NCBI GenBank assembly: GCA_965206595.1
Contig: OZ242214.1
Coordinates: forward strand, 3,360,001-3,424,000
Direction of reading: 5' to 3'
Length of the DNA stretch: 64,000 nucleotides
Source of the DNA: Candidatus Latescibacterota bacterium
GTDB taxonomy: Bacteria; Latescibacterota; UBA2968; UBA8231
A model generated the notes under the pieces. It was not told the origin of the DNA. It saw nothing but the letters and a program-made list of their open reading frames with translations, and made no database searches. Below, one piece after another: positions 28,752 through 39,900 of this stretch (position 1 is its first letter; every line of letters begins with the position of its first letter). Made by a program: the position numbers and the translations under genes.

Positions 28752-29753
28752 CTACTCCCGGCTGGCGACCTCGGCCACCGCTCCCTCCTGCCAGGAGCGG
28801 ATGGCGGCCTCGATGATTTCCTGGGCGGCGAGGCCGTCGTCTCCCGAGGCCTCTATGCGGTCGGGGGCGACCCCCTCGCTCAGCTGCTCGATCCAGCGGT
28901 TGATGCGGGTGTGGAAGGTGTCGCCGAATCCCGTCATTCCCCCCATGATGCTGTTGCGCACCACCGTCAGCTCCTCTCCCCGGCGCGGGTAGAAGGTCAG
29001 CTCCTCGAAACAGTTGTCGAGCACGAACCGCCCCTCCGTCCCCATCACTTCGCAGCGCTCGAGGTTGTGGCGCGGCGCCGCGTCGTAGCTGCCGGTCAGG
29101 TGGCCGACGACGCCGCTTGCGAACTCCATGTTGATCTGGGCGTTCGACCAGCAGACGCGCCCCGGGGCGCGGTTGAGGAAGGCGTGCACCCGCTTCACCT
29201 CGCCGCCGAAGTAGCGCATGATGTCGATCGAGTGCGGGTGCAGGGCCCGCAAGTGGAACCACTCGGAGGTTTCGTTGGGGTTGTCGATCCACATCGTCAT
29301 GTTGAGCAGCAGCAGGTCGCCGAGCCGGCCCTCGTCGATCCAGGCGCGGGCGCGCTCCGCCGGCGGCACGAAGCGGTGGTTGAGGTTGATGCCGAAGCAG
29401 ACCCCCTGCTCCCCGGCCTTTGCGACCATCTCCCTGGCGTGCCCGATGTTGTTGGAGATCGGCTTCTCGCACAGCACGTGCTTGCCCGCGGCGAGCGCCG
29501 CCATCACCGGCTCGTAGTGGTCGCCGCCGTTCTCGAATCCCCCCGTGGCGACGCTGACGGCGTCGAGATCCCCGGACTCGAGCAGCTCCTCCACCGAGTA
29601 GTGCGGCCGGGCCCCGAAGCGCGCCGCGGCCCCGTCGGCTCGCTCCTTCACCATGTCGCAGACGGCGACGAGGTCGGCCTTGTCCGACCGGGCGTAGACC
29701 TCGGCGTGGTTGGTACCTATCCCCCTCATCCCGATCACGGCGACCTTCAGCAT
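28752..29753 (-). CDS. Gfo/Idh/MocA family oxidoreductase
   Basis: KVAVIG..GIG, GKHVLCEKP and H.ID. Confidence 0.9.
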   Translation of the reverse strand: MLKVAVIGMRGIGTNHAEVYARSDKADLVAVCDMVKERADGAAARFGARPHYSVEELLESGDLDAVSVATGGFENGGDHYEPVMAALAAGKHVLCEKPISNNIGHAREMVAKAGEQGVCFGINLNHRFVPPAERARAWIDEGRLGDLLLLNMTMWIDNPNETSEWFHLRALHPHSIDIMRYFGGEVKRVHAFLNRAPGRVCWSNAQINMEFASGVVGHLTGSYDAAPRHNLERCEVMGTEGRFVLDNCFEELTFYPRRGEELTVVRNSIMGGMTGFGDTFHTRINRWIEQLSEGVAPDRIEASGDDGLAAQEIIEAAIRSWQEGAVAEVASRE

Positions 29754-30853
29754 GATCTATCTCCGGACTGTGGTGTAGTGGATGCATCATCCCGCACCGG
29801 CTGCGGCAACGCCACCCCGAGCTCGCCGGCGACCGCGGTTATCTGCTCCCAGGCCGACTCGTCCACCGGCATGCCGGCGCGCAGGCGCTGCTCGCGCACC
29901 CGGTGCGACTTCTCCCCCGGCAGCATCACCTCGTCGAAACCCTCGGCGGGGGGCGCCGATTTCACCCGCGCCGCGAACTCCCCGACCTCTGCGAGGAACT
30001 CGGTGACGGGAACGAAGGCAGCGACGTTCACCGCAACGATCAACAGCGCGTTTCCCGCCTCGGGCGGGTCTTGACGCGAGCAGCCCGCCCCCGACAGCGC
30101 CCCGGCCAGGATATCGACGGCGACGGCGAGACCGAAGCCCTTGTGGCCGGTGCCGGGAAACCCCAGCGGCAGCAGGGCCCCGCCCGGGGGGCCGTAGAAC
30201 TTCTCCACGTCGGTTGTCGGGGCGCCCTCGGCGTCGATGATGAACCCCTCGGGCACCGGCTCGCCGCGGTTCCGGAAGAGGCGCATCGCCCCGCCCGAGG
30301 TCATGCTGGTGGTCATGTCGAGCAGGATGGGCCACTCGCGGCCGCTGGGAACGGCCACGGCCAGCGGGTTCGTGGGCAGGCGTCTCTCGCCCCCCCCGAA
30401 CGGCGCCGTCGAGTGGTCGCTGCCGTGCCCGTTGCAGAACAGCATCCCGACCAGGTCGCCGGAGGCGGCGATCTGCGCGGCGAAGCGGCCCAGGCGGGCG
30501 ACGTGGTTGCAGCGCCTGACGGTCACCGCGGCGACCGCCCCGTCGCGCGCCTTCGAGGCGGCCAGCTGCGCCGCCCGGTGGGCGGTGACCGGGCCGAAGT
30601 TCCAGTTGCCGCTGACGTGGGCGATCCGGGGGGTCTCGGACAGGATCTCGAAGGGGGCCCCCGGAATCACCTTGCCGCTGCGCACGCTGTCGACGTACTG
30701 CGGGTAGCGCAGAACGCCGTGGCTGTCGTGGCCCAGCAGCCCGGACTCGACCATGTGATCGGCCACGAGCTCCGCCTCTTGCCGGGGGGCGCCAACTGCA
30801 ACGAAGAGGTCTTTTCCGAGCTGGCGCAGATCCCCGGGGGCGAATACCGGCAT
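29747..30853 (-). CDS. Ldh_2 (malate/L-lactate/L-sulfolactate dehydrogenase) family oxidoreductase
   Basis: GHDSHG, NHVARLG, TNPLA, LDMTTS, HKGFGL and LPGE. ATG start at 30853. Confidence 0.9.
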   Translation of the reverse strand: MPVFAPGDLRQLGKDLFVAVGAPRQEAELVADHMVESGLLGHDSHGVLRYPQYVDSVRSGKVIPGAPFEILSETPRIAHVSGNWNFGPVTAHRAAQLAASKARDGAVAAVTVRRCNHVARLGRFAAQIAASGDLVGMLFCNGHGSDHSTAPFGGGERRLPTNPLAVAVPSGREWPILLDMTTSMTSGGAMRLFRNRGEPVPEGFIIDAEGAPTTDVEKFYGPPGGALLPLGFPGTGHKGFGLAVAVDILAGALSGAGCSRQDPPEAGNALLIVAVNVAAFVPVTEFLAEVGEFAARVKSAPPAEGFDEVMLPGEKSHRVREQRLRAGMPVDESAWEQITAVAGELGVALPQPVRDDASTTPQSGDRSC

Positions 30854-30854
30854 G

Positions 30855-32117
30855 TTACAGCGACGACAAGGCGGAACCCGGCCTGGTGCCGCTGCCGGCA
30901 GCCTCTTCTTCCGGCCCCTGCGCCACCACAAGGAGGGCGTTGGCGACCTCGCGCTCGCCGGTCTGATCGGAGGGCCTGTTGACGACCTGATTGCCGACCA
31001 CCATGGTCGTCGAGCCGCCGCCGTCGAGGTTGAGGGCGTGGTAGGCGTTGGCGCCCGAGGCGGAAAACCGCGCGAGGTTGTTGGCCATGAAATCGGCGAG
31101 CTCAGCCAGGGACATGCCGACGCTGTACCCGGGCTGGCGGCCGTCGACGGTTACCAGAAAGAGGGTGCGGCCATCCTGCGAATGGCCGACCGCGGTGCGG
31201 GGGTGGCGCTCCTCGGCGAAGCTGCGCCCCAGCTTTTCCCGCTCGTATTCGATCGACGGATAGCCGTCGCGGACGATGCGGGGACCGCCGCCGATCGCTT
31301 CCTCGAGGCGGCTGACCGCCGGGGGCAGCAGGCAGAACAACCCGACGGTGTCCCCGGCGACGATCTCCCCTTCCGGCATGTCCATCGAACCGGCGACCAG
31401 CCACTGGCCGTCGGCGATCTTCAAGGGCCAACCCCGGCGTCTCACCTGCAGCACCCGAGCCCTGACGGTGTCGTTGATGACCGAACTCTCCCCGATGCCC
31501 TGCAGCTCGAACCCGATGTCGGCGCGCACCGAGTCGATCCGGGCCGTGGCGAACCGGTTCATGCAGGAGAGACCTCCGATGCCGGGAGAGCGGTTGAAGA
31601 GCGATATGGGCTGCTGCTTTCCCGAGGGGGTGATAAGGCCGGTGTGGATATCGAACACCGCCACCATCGGCGCCCCTTCCGGAGAAATGGCGAACGCCGA
31701 TTGCCCCCGTGGGGCCGCCACCAACCGCCCGCGACTGATCTGCAGGCCGCTCGGGCTGTCGTCGTAGAAGAAGCCCCCGTTGATTGCGGCGATGGCGCCG
31801 CCGGCCATGTTGCTCGTCCGCGCCAGCCCTGCATCGTCGGCTACCGGCCGCGCCGTGCGCAGGCGGATGCCCGCCTCCCACGCCTTTCGCAGATCGAGCT
31901 CGACGACGTGGATCGACCACGGACCTTCTGTCAGGTGCAGGGCGTGATGATGGACGCCGGTCGCCAGCTCCCTGGCCTTGTCGGCGAGGGGCTGAGGCTG
32001 GCAGGCGGCAAGACCCAACAGTCCGGATAACAGCGCGCGCGCCGCCAGGGACAGCCCGGCAGGGCCTGTGGGGGGCGGCTCCGGTTCCGAATGCTCGGGG
32101 GAGGAAGGTGTGGACAC
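30855..32117 (-). CDS. Phosphodiester glycosidase (NAGPA-like) lipoprotein
   Basis: LAAC lipobox; AAINGGFF, GGGP, HPRTAVG, VDGRQ and NLDGGGS. Start is uncertain. Confidence 0.85.
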   Translation of the reverse strand: MSTPSSPEHSEPEPPPTGPAGLSLAARALLSGLLGLAACQPQPLADKARELATGVHHHALHLTEGPWSIHVVELDLRKAWEAGIRLRTARPVADDAGLARTSNMAGGAIAAINGGFFYDDSPSGLQISRGRLVAAPRGQSAFAISPEGAPMVAVFDIHTGLITPSGKQQPISLFNRSPGIGGLSCMNRFATARIDSVRADIGFELQGIGESSVINDTVRARVLQVRRRGWPLKIADGQWLVAGSMDMPEGEIVAGDTVGLFCLLPPAVSRLEEAIGGGPRIVRDGYPSIEYEREKLGRSFAEERHPRTAVGHSQDGRTLFLVTVDGRQPGYSVGMSLAELADFMANNLARFSASGANAYHALNLDGGGSTTMVVGNQVVNRPSDQTGEREVANALLVVAQGPEEEAAGSGTRPGSALSSL

Positions 32118-32205
32118 GGTGGCAACTCGAACAGCAGAGTGGGCGATCAAGATAGAGGCCCCCCCGGCGGTGGTCAAGCTGTGGTCAGGGCTTGAGTTAG
32201 GGCCC

Positions 32206-35200
32206 TCAGCGCAGGAGCAGCAGGCGCCGTACACGGGTTCCCCGCGCGGTCGCCAGGGCGGCGAAATAGACCCCCGAGGCGACCGTTTCCCCGGCGTCGT
32301 TCTCCCCTCCCCAGACGGCGCGGTGGGGCCCGGGGGGCCGCGTGGCCGACACCAGGGAACGCACCTGCTGGCCAAAGAGATTGTAGATGACGAGTTCGAC
32401 CCGCTGAGCGCCAGGCAGCTCGTACTCCAGCACGGTCTCCGCGTTGAAGGGATTGGGGCGGGGCGGGTGCAGACCGAGCTCGAACCCCGCGTAGAAGTCG
32501 GCCAGGGCCTTGGCACCACTTTGCAGGTGCGCGGCCAGCGACTCGGCGTCGGCGATGTCGACCGCGCCGTCGCGGTTTATGTCGAAAGGGGTCGGCGCCG
32601 GGTCCGGGGTTCCCCGCATGTGATCGGCGAGTGCGAAGAAGTCGTCGAGGTCGACCTTGCCGTCCCGGTTGAGGTCGCCGCGCAGCTCGAGCCGCAGGTC
32701 GACGGACTCGGCCAGCTCGAGGGTATCGGCGAGGCCGGCGGCGAAGCGAAAAACCGCCTTCCTGAGCAGAACCCGCAGGTCGGTGACGCCGACCTGGCGG
32801 CTAACCCGGAACTGTAGATCCCCCAGCGCGCCGTCGCCGCTGATGCCCGCCTGCAGAAGCGGTCCGGTTGGAGACACCGCCACCCTCGCCTTTCCCTCGG
32901 CGATCTCGTCGCTGATGACCAGGGCCCCGTCCTCCGGCAGCAGGCCGCCGGGGGCGACGCGCAAGCCGGCAAACTCCAGGGCAGCGGCGGTGTAGGCGAC
33001 CTCGAGGACGATGCCCCGCACCTGGTGCGCCCCCTCGAGACGGACCGGAACCCCGAAGAGGTCACCGGGCCAGGCGTCGATCTCTCCCTCCTCGGCCGCC
33101 TGCAGGTGGAAGCGGGCCGAGACCGGGGCGCGGCCTGCGAGGCTGACCGGGGCGCGGCCTGCGAGGCTGACCGCGACGCTGCGCGCTTCGGCGAGGTCGG
33201 TCTCGATCAGCAGTTGCCCCCTCGAGTGTCCGAAGCCGCTGGGAGCGAACTCCACCCTCAGGGTCGCGGTCTCTCCGGGGGCGAGCCGCTGCGGGGGGTC
33301 GACGACGCGGAATTGAGGGTCGTTTGTGGTTGCGGACAGGATCCGCACGGCGCCGCTGTGGAAGTTGCCGAGCTCGAGCTCCCACACCGCGGTCCGCCCT
33401 ACCGCGGTCTCCGCGAACTCGTGGGCGTCGGCCCCGACCGTCAACAGCGAGCTGACCCCGAAGCCGCTGTACGGCAGCACCCACACCGGATTCGTCGGGT
33501 CGTTGGTGGAAAAGCGGAAAACTCCCTCGACCTCGCCGTGCTCCCTGGGGCGGAAGAGGACCTGAATGGTTGCGGTTTCTCCCGGCGCCAGGGTAAGCGA
33601 CCGCGGGGTGACGATCAGCTTCCGGTTCCCGGTGAGAATCTTCGAGATGCGCAGCTCCAGCTCGCCGCTGTTCGTCATCACCAGCTCTCTCGTCCCCAGG
33701 TCTCCGGCGCGCACCCTGCCCAGATCGAAGCGGGGCGGCAGGTCGAGCTCGGCGCGCCCTCCGGAGCCGCTGAGATCGACCCGGGCTTCGGGTAGCTCCG
33801 GATCGTCGGTGCTCAGGACCAGGCTGGCGGCGAAGCGACCGGCGGCGGAAGGCTCGAACAGCACCGGCAGCACCATCGCCCCACCCGGAGCGACGGCGCT
33901 CCGGGGTATTTCTCCGACCGCGAAGGCCGCCTCCCCCTCTCCTTCCACCCGCGCCTCCAGCAGCGTCAGAGGAACGGTCCCGGCGTTCTCGACGACGAGC
34001 TGGCGGTCGCGCCTGCCCCCGACCCACTCGGTGCCGAAATCAAGGCCCTCCGGGACGGCCACTTCCGGGGCGAGTCCGACTATCTCCACCTGCTGTCGCG
34101 CCAGGACGGCGCCGTCCGCCCCTAGCCAGCGCCACTCTACGGCCTGGGGCCCGCGCCGGACAGCCGAGAAGGGAACCGCTACCTCCCTGTGCTCCCCCGG
34201 CTCGAGCTCGAACGGCCCGACCTGCGAGCGGGGGCCTTCCAGGGTCACGTCGACCGCCAGCGGGCCGTCGTTCCGCACCACTGCGGTGCGCGTCGCCTTC
34301 ACGCCCAGCGGCTGGTCCCCGTAGGCCAGCACCTGCGGCCAGACCTCGATGGACGGCCGCGGCGACGCCACGCGGATCAGGCGACCGCCGCGGTCGTCCC
34401 CTTCGAGAACGAGGATGGCGCCCGACGCTTCCGCGGCGATGTCGAGTATCGACGGCGCGAACCCGGACGCTACCCTCTCGAGGGCTCCGTTCCGGAAGCG
34501 GTAGAGGCGGCCGGCCTCGGTCGCGGCGAACACCGTCTCTCCGCGCTGGTCGATGGCTGCCGGCCGCTCCGGCAGAATGGCGAGGAGCTGCCGCTCTTCC
34601 GGGCCGGCGACGGTGCTGTTCCCGTCGATATCCTCGAGCTGCCGCAGCTCCCGCGTCGGGCGGTGGGCGGCGAGCAGGACCCCCTCCCGGTTCGACGACA
34701 GGAACGCCTCGCCGGGTGGAAGGAGCGTAAACTCGACGACCTCCGGCTTCCCGCCGCCCCGGTAGTGTCCGGCTCGGCGATGCCGCGCACCGCCAGCACC
34801 TGGCCGCCGGGATGGTGGACGAACAGCTGGCCGGCCCCGTTCGCGGCCAACGCGTCGGCGCCGGCCAGCGCGAGCGGCAGCGGCAGGTAGAGGGGCGGGC
34901 CTTCGGGGTCGAAGGCGATCAGCGTCAGCGGGTTGGCGTCTCCGAAATCCGCCGGCGTCCCCACCACCAGCCCGCGTCCGGACGGACCGTCGACGACCGC
35001 GGTGGCGAAGCGGGAGGAGGCGAACTCGGCGAAGCGGCGCGAGCCGGCGCCGGGGGGCACCTCGAGCAGTCCGCCGTCGTGGCTGACCAGCACCCTGCCG
35101 TCGCCGTCGAATCCGAAGTCGCCGTTGCCGGCGACGGTGGCGATCGCTCCGTCGGCGGCGACCGCGCGGACCAGGTTGAAGCGCTCGTCCGCTATGTAGA

Positions 35201-35396
35201 GGAGGCCGTTCGCCGACAGGACGTCCAGCGGCAGCACACTGGCGTCCAGCGCCGGCCCTCCTTCACCGGAACCCCCTCCGGCGACGACCTGCAGCGGACC
35301 GATGTCGAACAGGTCGGCGGCGGCCGGCGCGGCGCTGCAGAAACTTGCGATCAGCGCCGCTGCCGGCAGCGTACGGGAGAGGCGGAACCTGCTCAT
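32206..35396 (-). pseudogene. Large secreted protein (NHL-like N-terminus, several ASH/Ig-like repeats, cohesin, dockerin, FlgD-like tail) split by a frameshift near 34760
   Basis: Signal peptide from ATG 35396. After ...GIAEPD the coding-like frame switches to KPEVVEFTLL...ETVFAATEAG, which joins ORF 32206-34533. GDLNRDGKVD..D dockerin and PNPFN tail. Confidence 0.7.
33121..33173. repeat. 24-bp in-frame tandem duplication
   Basis: GACCGGGGCGCGGCCTGCGAGGCT twice plus GACCG; the protein reads VSLAGRAP-VSLAGRAP-VS. Confidence 0.9.
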
Positions 35397-35721
35397 GTGA
35401 CACCAGCCTGTCGGGGTAATGCACCGTATTCCGAATCTCACCGTCCGCCAGCGGAAAAACAACCAGTGCCCCCCGGCACGGGTAATCACCCCTGACCAAG
35501 GCTTCGGCCGACTTCGGGACCATCGCCCGGGCCGCCGACAACGCCGGGGACCGACGGCCGGCCGAAGACCTGGGGGCCGGATCCGGCGACGGCGCGGCCG
35601 CCTGCACGGCGAGCCGGCCTGCGTCCTCCGCACGGATGATCCGCAACTGGTGTTTGCGCGCCATTTCGCTGAATTCGCCCGCGCCCTGGCATCCTACCCG
35701 GCCTGCGCGCGAAGGTATCAA

Positions 35722-36996
35722 CTAGTCTTCCGCCGCAGCCGAAGAGACGGCCCCCCCGGAAGGCCGCGCGGCGCCGAGCACCGGCGCCGCCGCGGCGCTG
35801 ACCACGGCGCCGAAGCCCATGCGCTGCCGGATCTCGGTGATCGCCCGCCCGAGCCGGCGCTGCCTGCGCTCGGCCTCCTCCTCGAACAGGTCGAGCTGTC
35901 CCGAATCCCTGCCCGGCCGGCTCGCCGAGACCCGGATCGACCTGATCGCCGCGCGGCGCTGGTGCAGACCGGTGAAGAGCGCCACCGCGGCCGCGGCGAC
36001 GGCGGCGAAGTCGTCGCTGGCCGCGGGCATGGAGTGCGTGCGCTGCGCGGTGCGATTGTCGGTATAGCGCAGCTGCAGCGTCAGCCGCGAGGCGACGTAC
36101 CCGGCCCGGCGCAGCTGGTCGACGAGCTTGTCCGCGGTCAGGCGCACGGCCTGGACCAGCGTGAACTCGTCGTTGACGTCGCGCTCGAGAGTGGTCTCGG
36201 CGACGACGGCGCGGCTGCCGTGCCGTCCCGGCGCGCCGTCGATGCCGCGCACCAGTCCGTACAGCTGCTCCCCGGCGGCTCCCCCGAAGCGCCTGTGCAG
36301 CGCCGGGCGCTCGAGCGCGAGAACCTGCGCGGCCTGGTGCAGGCCGTAGCGGCGAGCGGTCTCGCGCACTCCGGCGGGAAGCGGCAGCTCGTCCAGCTCC
36401 AGGTTCGCGAGCAGCTCCGCCTCCTGGTCCGGAGCGCAGACCTCAACGCCGTCCGGCCTGGCGCGCTCGGCCAGCAGCCCGGCCAGCAGGCGGCTGCGGC
36501 TGACCGCGGCGGCGATCTCCTGCAGCCCGGTGCGCCGCCGCAGGTGGCGGGCGAGGCGCTCCCCCAGCCCGGCCCGGTCGAGATCGCCCCGGTCGAGGGC
36601 GCGCTGCGCCGGCGTTCCGGAGAGGGCGAGCGTACAGCGGGCCAGCTCGTCCAGCCGGTAGTCCGGGGTCCAGGCCGCCAGGGCGGCGAGAAGCCGCTCG
36701 AGCACGCGCTGCTCCGCTTCCTCGTCCCGCTCGAAAACCAGCGCGCGCCGCCCCAGCCGGCGGCGCAGGACGAACACCGGCTCCCCCGGCGCGACCCCGA
36801 GCTCGCGGGCCGCCGGAGAACGGGCGAACACCGAGGCGCGGTGACTCTCCTGGTTCTGGCGCACGACGACGAACGCCTTGCCGAGCAGTTCGCGGCGCAC
36901 CGCGGCGACCGCCTGGGCGGCGAACTGGTCCGCGGCGACCGCCGCGAACAGCGGCTCGGGCCGGGGCCGGGCGGCCCTAGGGGCTGCGCGCGCCAT
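35722..36996 (-). CDS. Y-family polymerase-like protein (ImuB/DinB-like), probably catalytically degenerate
   Basis: SPAARELGV.PG, thumb and little-finger regions (LTLQLRYTD), QLDLF clamp-binding motif. The N-terminal DxDxF motif is degenerate (AVAADQF). Confidence 0.8.
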   Translation of the reverse strand: MARAAPRAARPRPEPLFAAVAADQFAAQAVAAVRRELLGKAFVVVRQNQESHRASVFARSPAARELGVAPGEPVFVLRRRLGRRALVFERDEEAEQRVLERLLAALAAWTPDYRLDELARCTLALSGTPAQRALDRGDLDRAGLGERLARHLRRRTGLQEIAAAVSRSRLLAGLLAERARPDGVEVCAPDQEAELLANLELDELPLPAGVRETARRYGLHQAAQVLALERPALHRRFGGAAGEQLYGLVRGIDGAPGRHGSRAVVAETTLERDVNDEFTLVQAVRLTADKLVDQLRRAGYVASRLTLQLRYTDNRTAQRTHSMPAASDDFAAVAAAAVALFTGLHQRRAAIRSIRVSASRPGRDSGQLDLFEEEAERRQRRLGRAITEIRQRMGFGAVVSAAAAPVLGAARPSGGAVSSAAAED

Positions 36997-36998
36997 TC

Positions 36999-39900
36999 CT
37001 AGGCGGCCGCCGTGGCCACGTCCCCATACCTGCGCACCCCTTCCACCGACTCAGCGAGCTTTCGCGACGCCAGCTCGAAATCGATCTCGTTCGGCGACCA
37101 GTCGACCGCCCTGATCGAGTCCGCCTCGACGGTGAACGTGCCCCAGTCCTCGGTGACCCGGCCCCGGACCTCGAACGGCCCCGGCCCCGCCACGACGTCG
37201 GTACAGCGCTCGAACACGTCGGGCCAGAGCACGACGTCGGCGCTCTCCGACTTGTCCTCGATGGTCAGGAACATCATCGCCTCGCCGCGGCGCTGAACCT
37301 GGTGGACGCGGTCGGTGACGCGGCGCCCGAACAGCTTGATCCGCCGGCCGGCGTGGCGCCCGATGTCGGCCGCCGGCACCGCCCCCGCGGCCGCCGGGTG
37401 CATGTCGAGGATCTCCAGGATCTCCCCCGAGATCATGTAGCCGAGCAGCTCGAGCTCGTTGAGGCACTTCTCGGCGAGGCTGTAGTCGCGCAGCCCCTCC
37501 GGCACCGGGGGGCGCAGGGCGAGGCCGTCGAGGAGCGGCGCCGCGGCGGACGCAGCGCCACCCCGCGCCGCGGCGACATCGTCGAGCTGCCACAGCAGCT
37601 CGGGCTGAGTGAGGCCGAAGCCGTCGAGCGCCCCGACGAGGATCAGGCGCTCGATCTCCTTCTTGTGCAGGCCGGGAACGCGGTGGGAGAAATCCGGCAG
37701 ATCGCGAAAGCGGCCGCCGGCCCGCCGCTCCGCGACGACCGCCTCGAGCGCCTTCTCCCGCACCCCGCGCAGGTGCATCATCCCGGGCCGCATCAGGGCG
37801 CCGCGGCCCCGGTACCTGACGCCGGACTCGTTGACGTCCGTCGGCAGGACGCGGATGCCCCAGCGCCGCGCTTCGTTGAGGTAGACGTCGCGGCGGTAGA
37901 AACCGTGGCCGTTGCTGATCACCGCGGCGAGGAACTGCGCCGGGAAATGGGCCTTGAGGTAGGCGCACTGGAACGACAGCTGCGCGTACGTGGCGCTGTG
38001 CGACTTGCAGAAGCTGAACCCCGTGAACGAGCTGACGCGCTTCCAGAGCTCGCGCGCCTGCTCCCCGGAGAGCCCGGCGTGGTCTCCGCAGCCCTGCAGG
38101 AAGGCGCGCTCCGTGGCCCTCCAGGTGCCGTCGTCGGGCGCTCCCTCGTGCTGGCTGTTCATCATCTTGCGGATCATGTCCGCCTGCCTGAAAGAAAGGC
38201 CGGCGACCTGGTGGCAGATCTTGGTCACGTCCTCCTGGAAGGCGCAGACATCGTGCGTCTCCCGCAGGATCGGCTCCAGCGCCGGGTGCACGAACTCCCA
38301 GTCCCTGATCCCCATCTTGCGTTTGCGCTCGCGCTCGACGTAGAGCTGCGTGTACGCCGAGCCGGCCGGGCGCACGAGACTGGAGGTGATCGCGATCTCC
38401 TCGAAGGTCTCGGCCTGCGCCTTCTGGTTGAGGCGCCGCTGCGCCGGGCTCTCGATGTAGAAGACCCCCTTGGTGCGGCCCTTGCGGATGATCTCCCTGA
38501 CCCGCGGCTCGGCGTAGCACTTCTCGAGGTCCCAGACCCCGGGGTCCTCGATCCCCTGCTCGTCGATCTGGGCCAGCGCGTCGCGCAGCACCGACAGCGA
38601 GCCGTTGCCGAGGATGTCGAACTTGATCAGCCCGAGATCGTCGATGCCGTTGTGCATGTCGATCTGGGTGACGGCGCGGTTCTTCGCGCCCCCGGAGGGC
38701 TCGCAGGCGACGTGGCGGCTGATCGGGCCGTTGGTGATCAGCACCCCGCCGGGATGCTGCCCGAGGTAGCGCGGCTTGCCCTCGAGACGCCGCGCCAGCT
38801 TCCACAGCATCGCGATCTCGCCGTCCTCGATGCGCTGCGTCCGCGTCTTGCGGCTCTCGAGAATGGCGGTGACCTGGTCGTCGGTGTAGCCGAACACCTT
38901 GGCCGTCTCGCGGAAGGCGGCGCGGGCGCGGAAGTGGATGGTCGTGCCGGTGACGGCGACGCGCTCCGCTCCCCAGCGGTCGACGATGAAATCGTACACC
39001 AGCTCGCGCTCGTCCCAGCCGAAGTCGAGGTCGGCGTCGGGAGGCGAGGCCCGGTCCTCGTTGAGGAAGCGCTGGAAGTAGAGGTCGTAGCGGATCGGGT
39101 CGAGGTCGCTGACCCCGATGTTGTAGAAGGTGATCGAGTTGGCGGCGCTGCCGCGCAGGATGGTGCAGTCCGCGGGCCGGCGGTAGCCGCCGCGGAAGCG
39201 CTCGTTGGCCCAGTCGCGAATCTCCTTGACGATCAGGAAATAGGAGGCGTAGCCGAGCTTGGCGATCACCTCGAGCTCCATCGCCTGGAGCTGCCGCGCC
39301 TTTTCGCGGACCGCCGCGGAGTGGCCGCCGTAGTTGGCCTCGAGGCCGTCGGCGGCGAGCTCGGCCAGGCGGCTTTCCGGGGTGTGCCCGGAAGGGACCG
39401 CGGCGCGCGGCATGATCCACCGGTTCAGCTCGAGCTCGACGTCGCAGCCGGCGGCGATCTCCCGCGTGTTGGCCAGGGCCTCGGGGCAGTCGGCGAACAG
39501 CTCCTCCATGCGCGCCGGCGAGGCGAGCACCGCGGCGCGCGGGGCCGCCTCTCCTGGGCGGAGCCTCGAGAGGGTCGAGTTGAGGCCGATCGCGGTGAGA
39601 ACGCGGTGGATCTGCCAGTCGCCGGGGTCGAGGAAGAAGCTGTCGTTCGACGCCGTCAGCGACAGGCCCAGGGAGCCGGCGGCAGCGGCGAGCTCGGCGC
39701 TGCGCGCCCTCGTGAAGGCCGAGTTGCGGACCAGCTCCCCGAAAAGGCGGCCGCGGTTCGGCCCCGCGGCCAGGACCCGCAGCACTCCGGGGTCGGCGGT
39801 CAGCAGGAACAGGTTCGGCCACGCGCGCGCGAAGGTGCGGGCGAAGGTGAAGTCCGCGGCGGCGAGGTGGCGGTCGCTGACGATCCGGCAGAGGTCGCCG

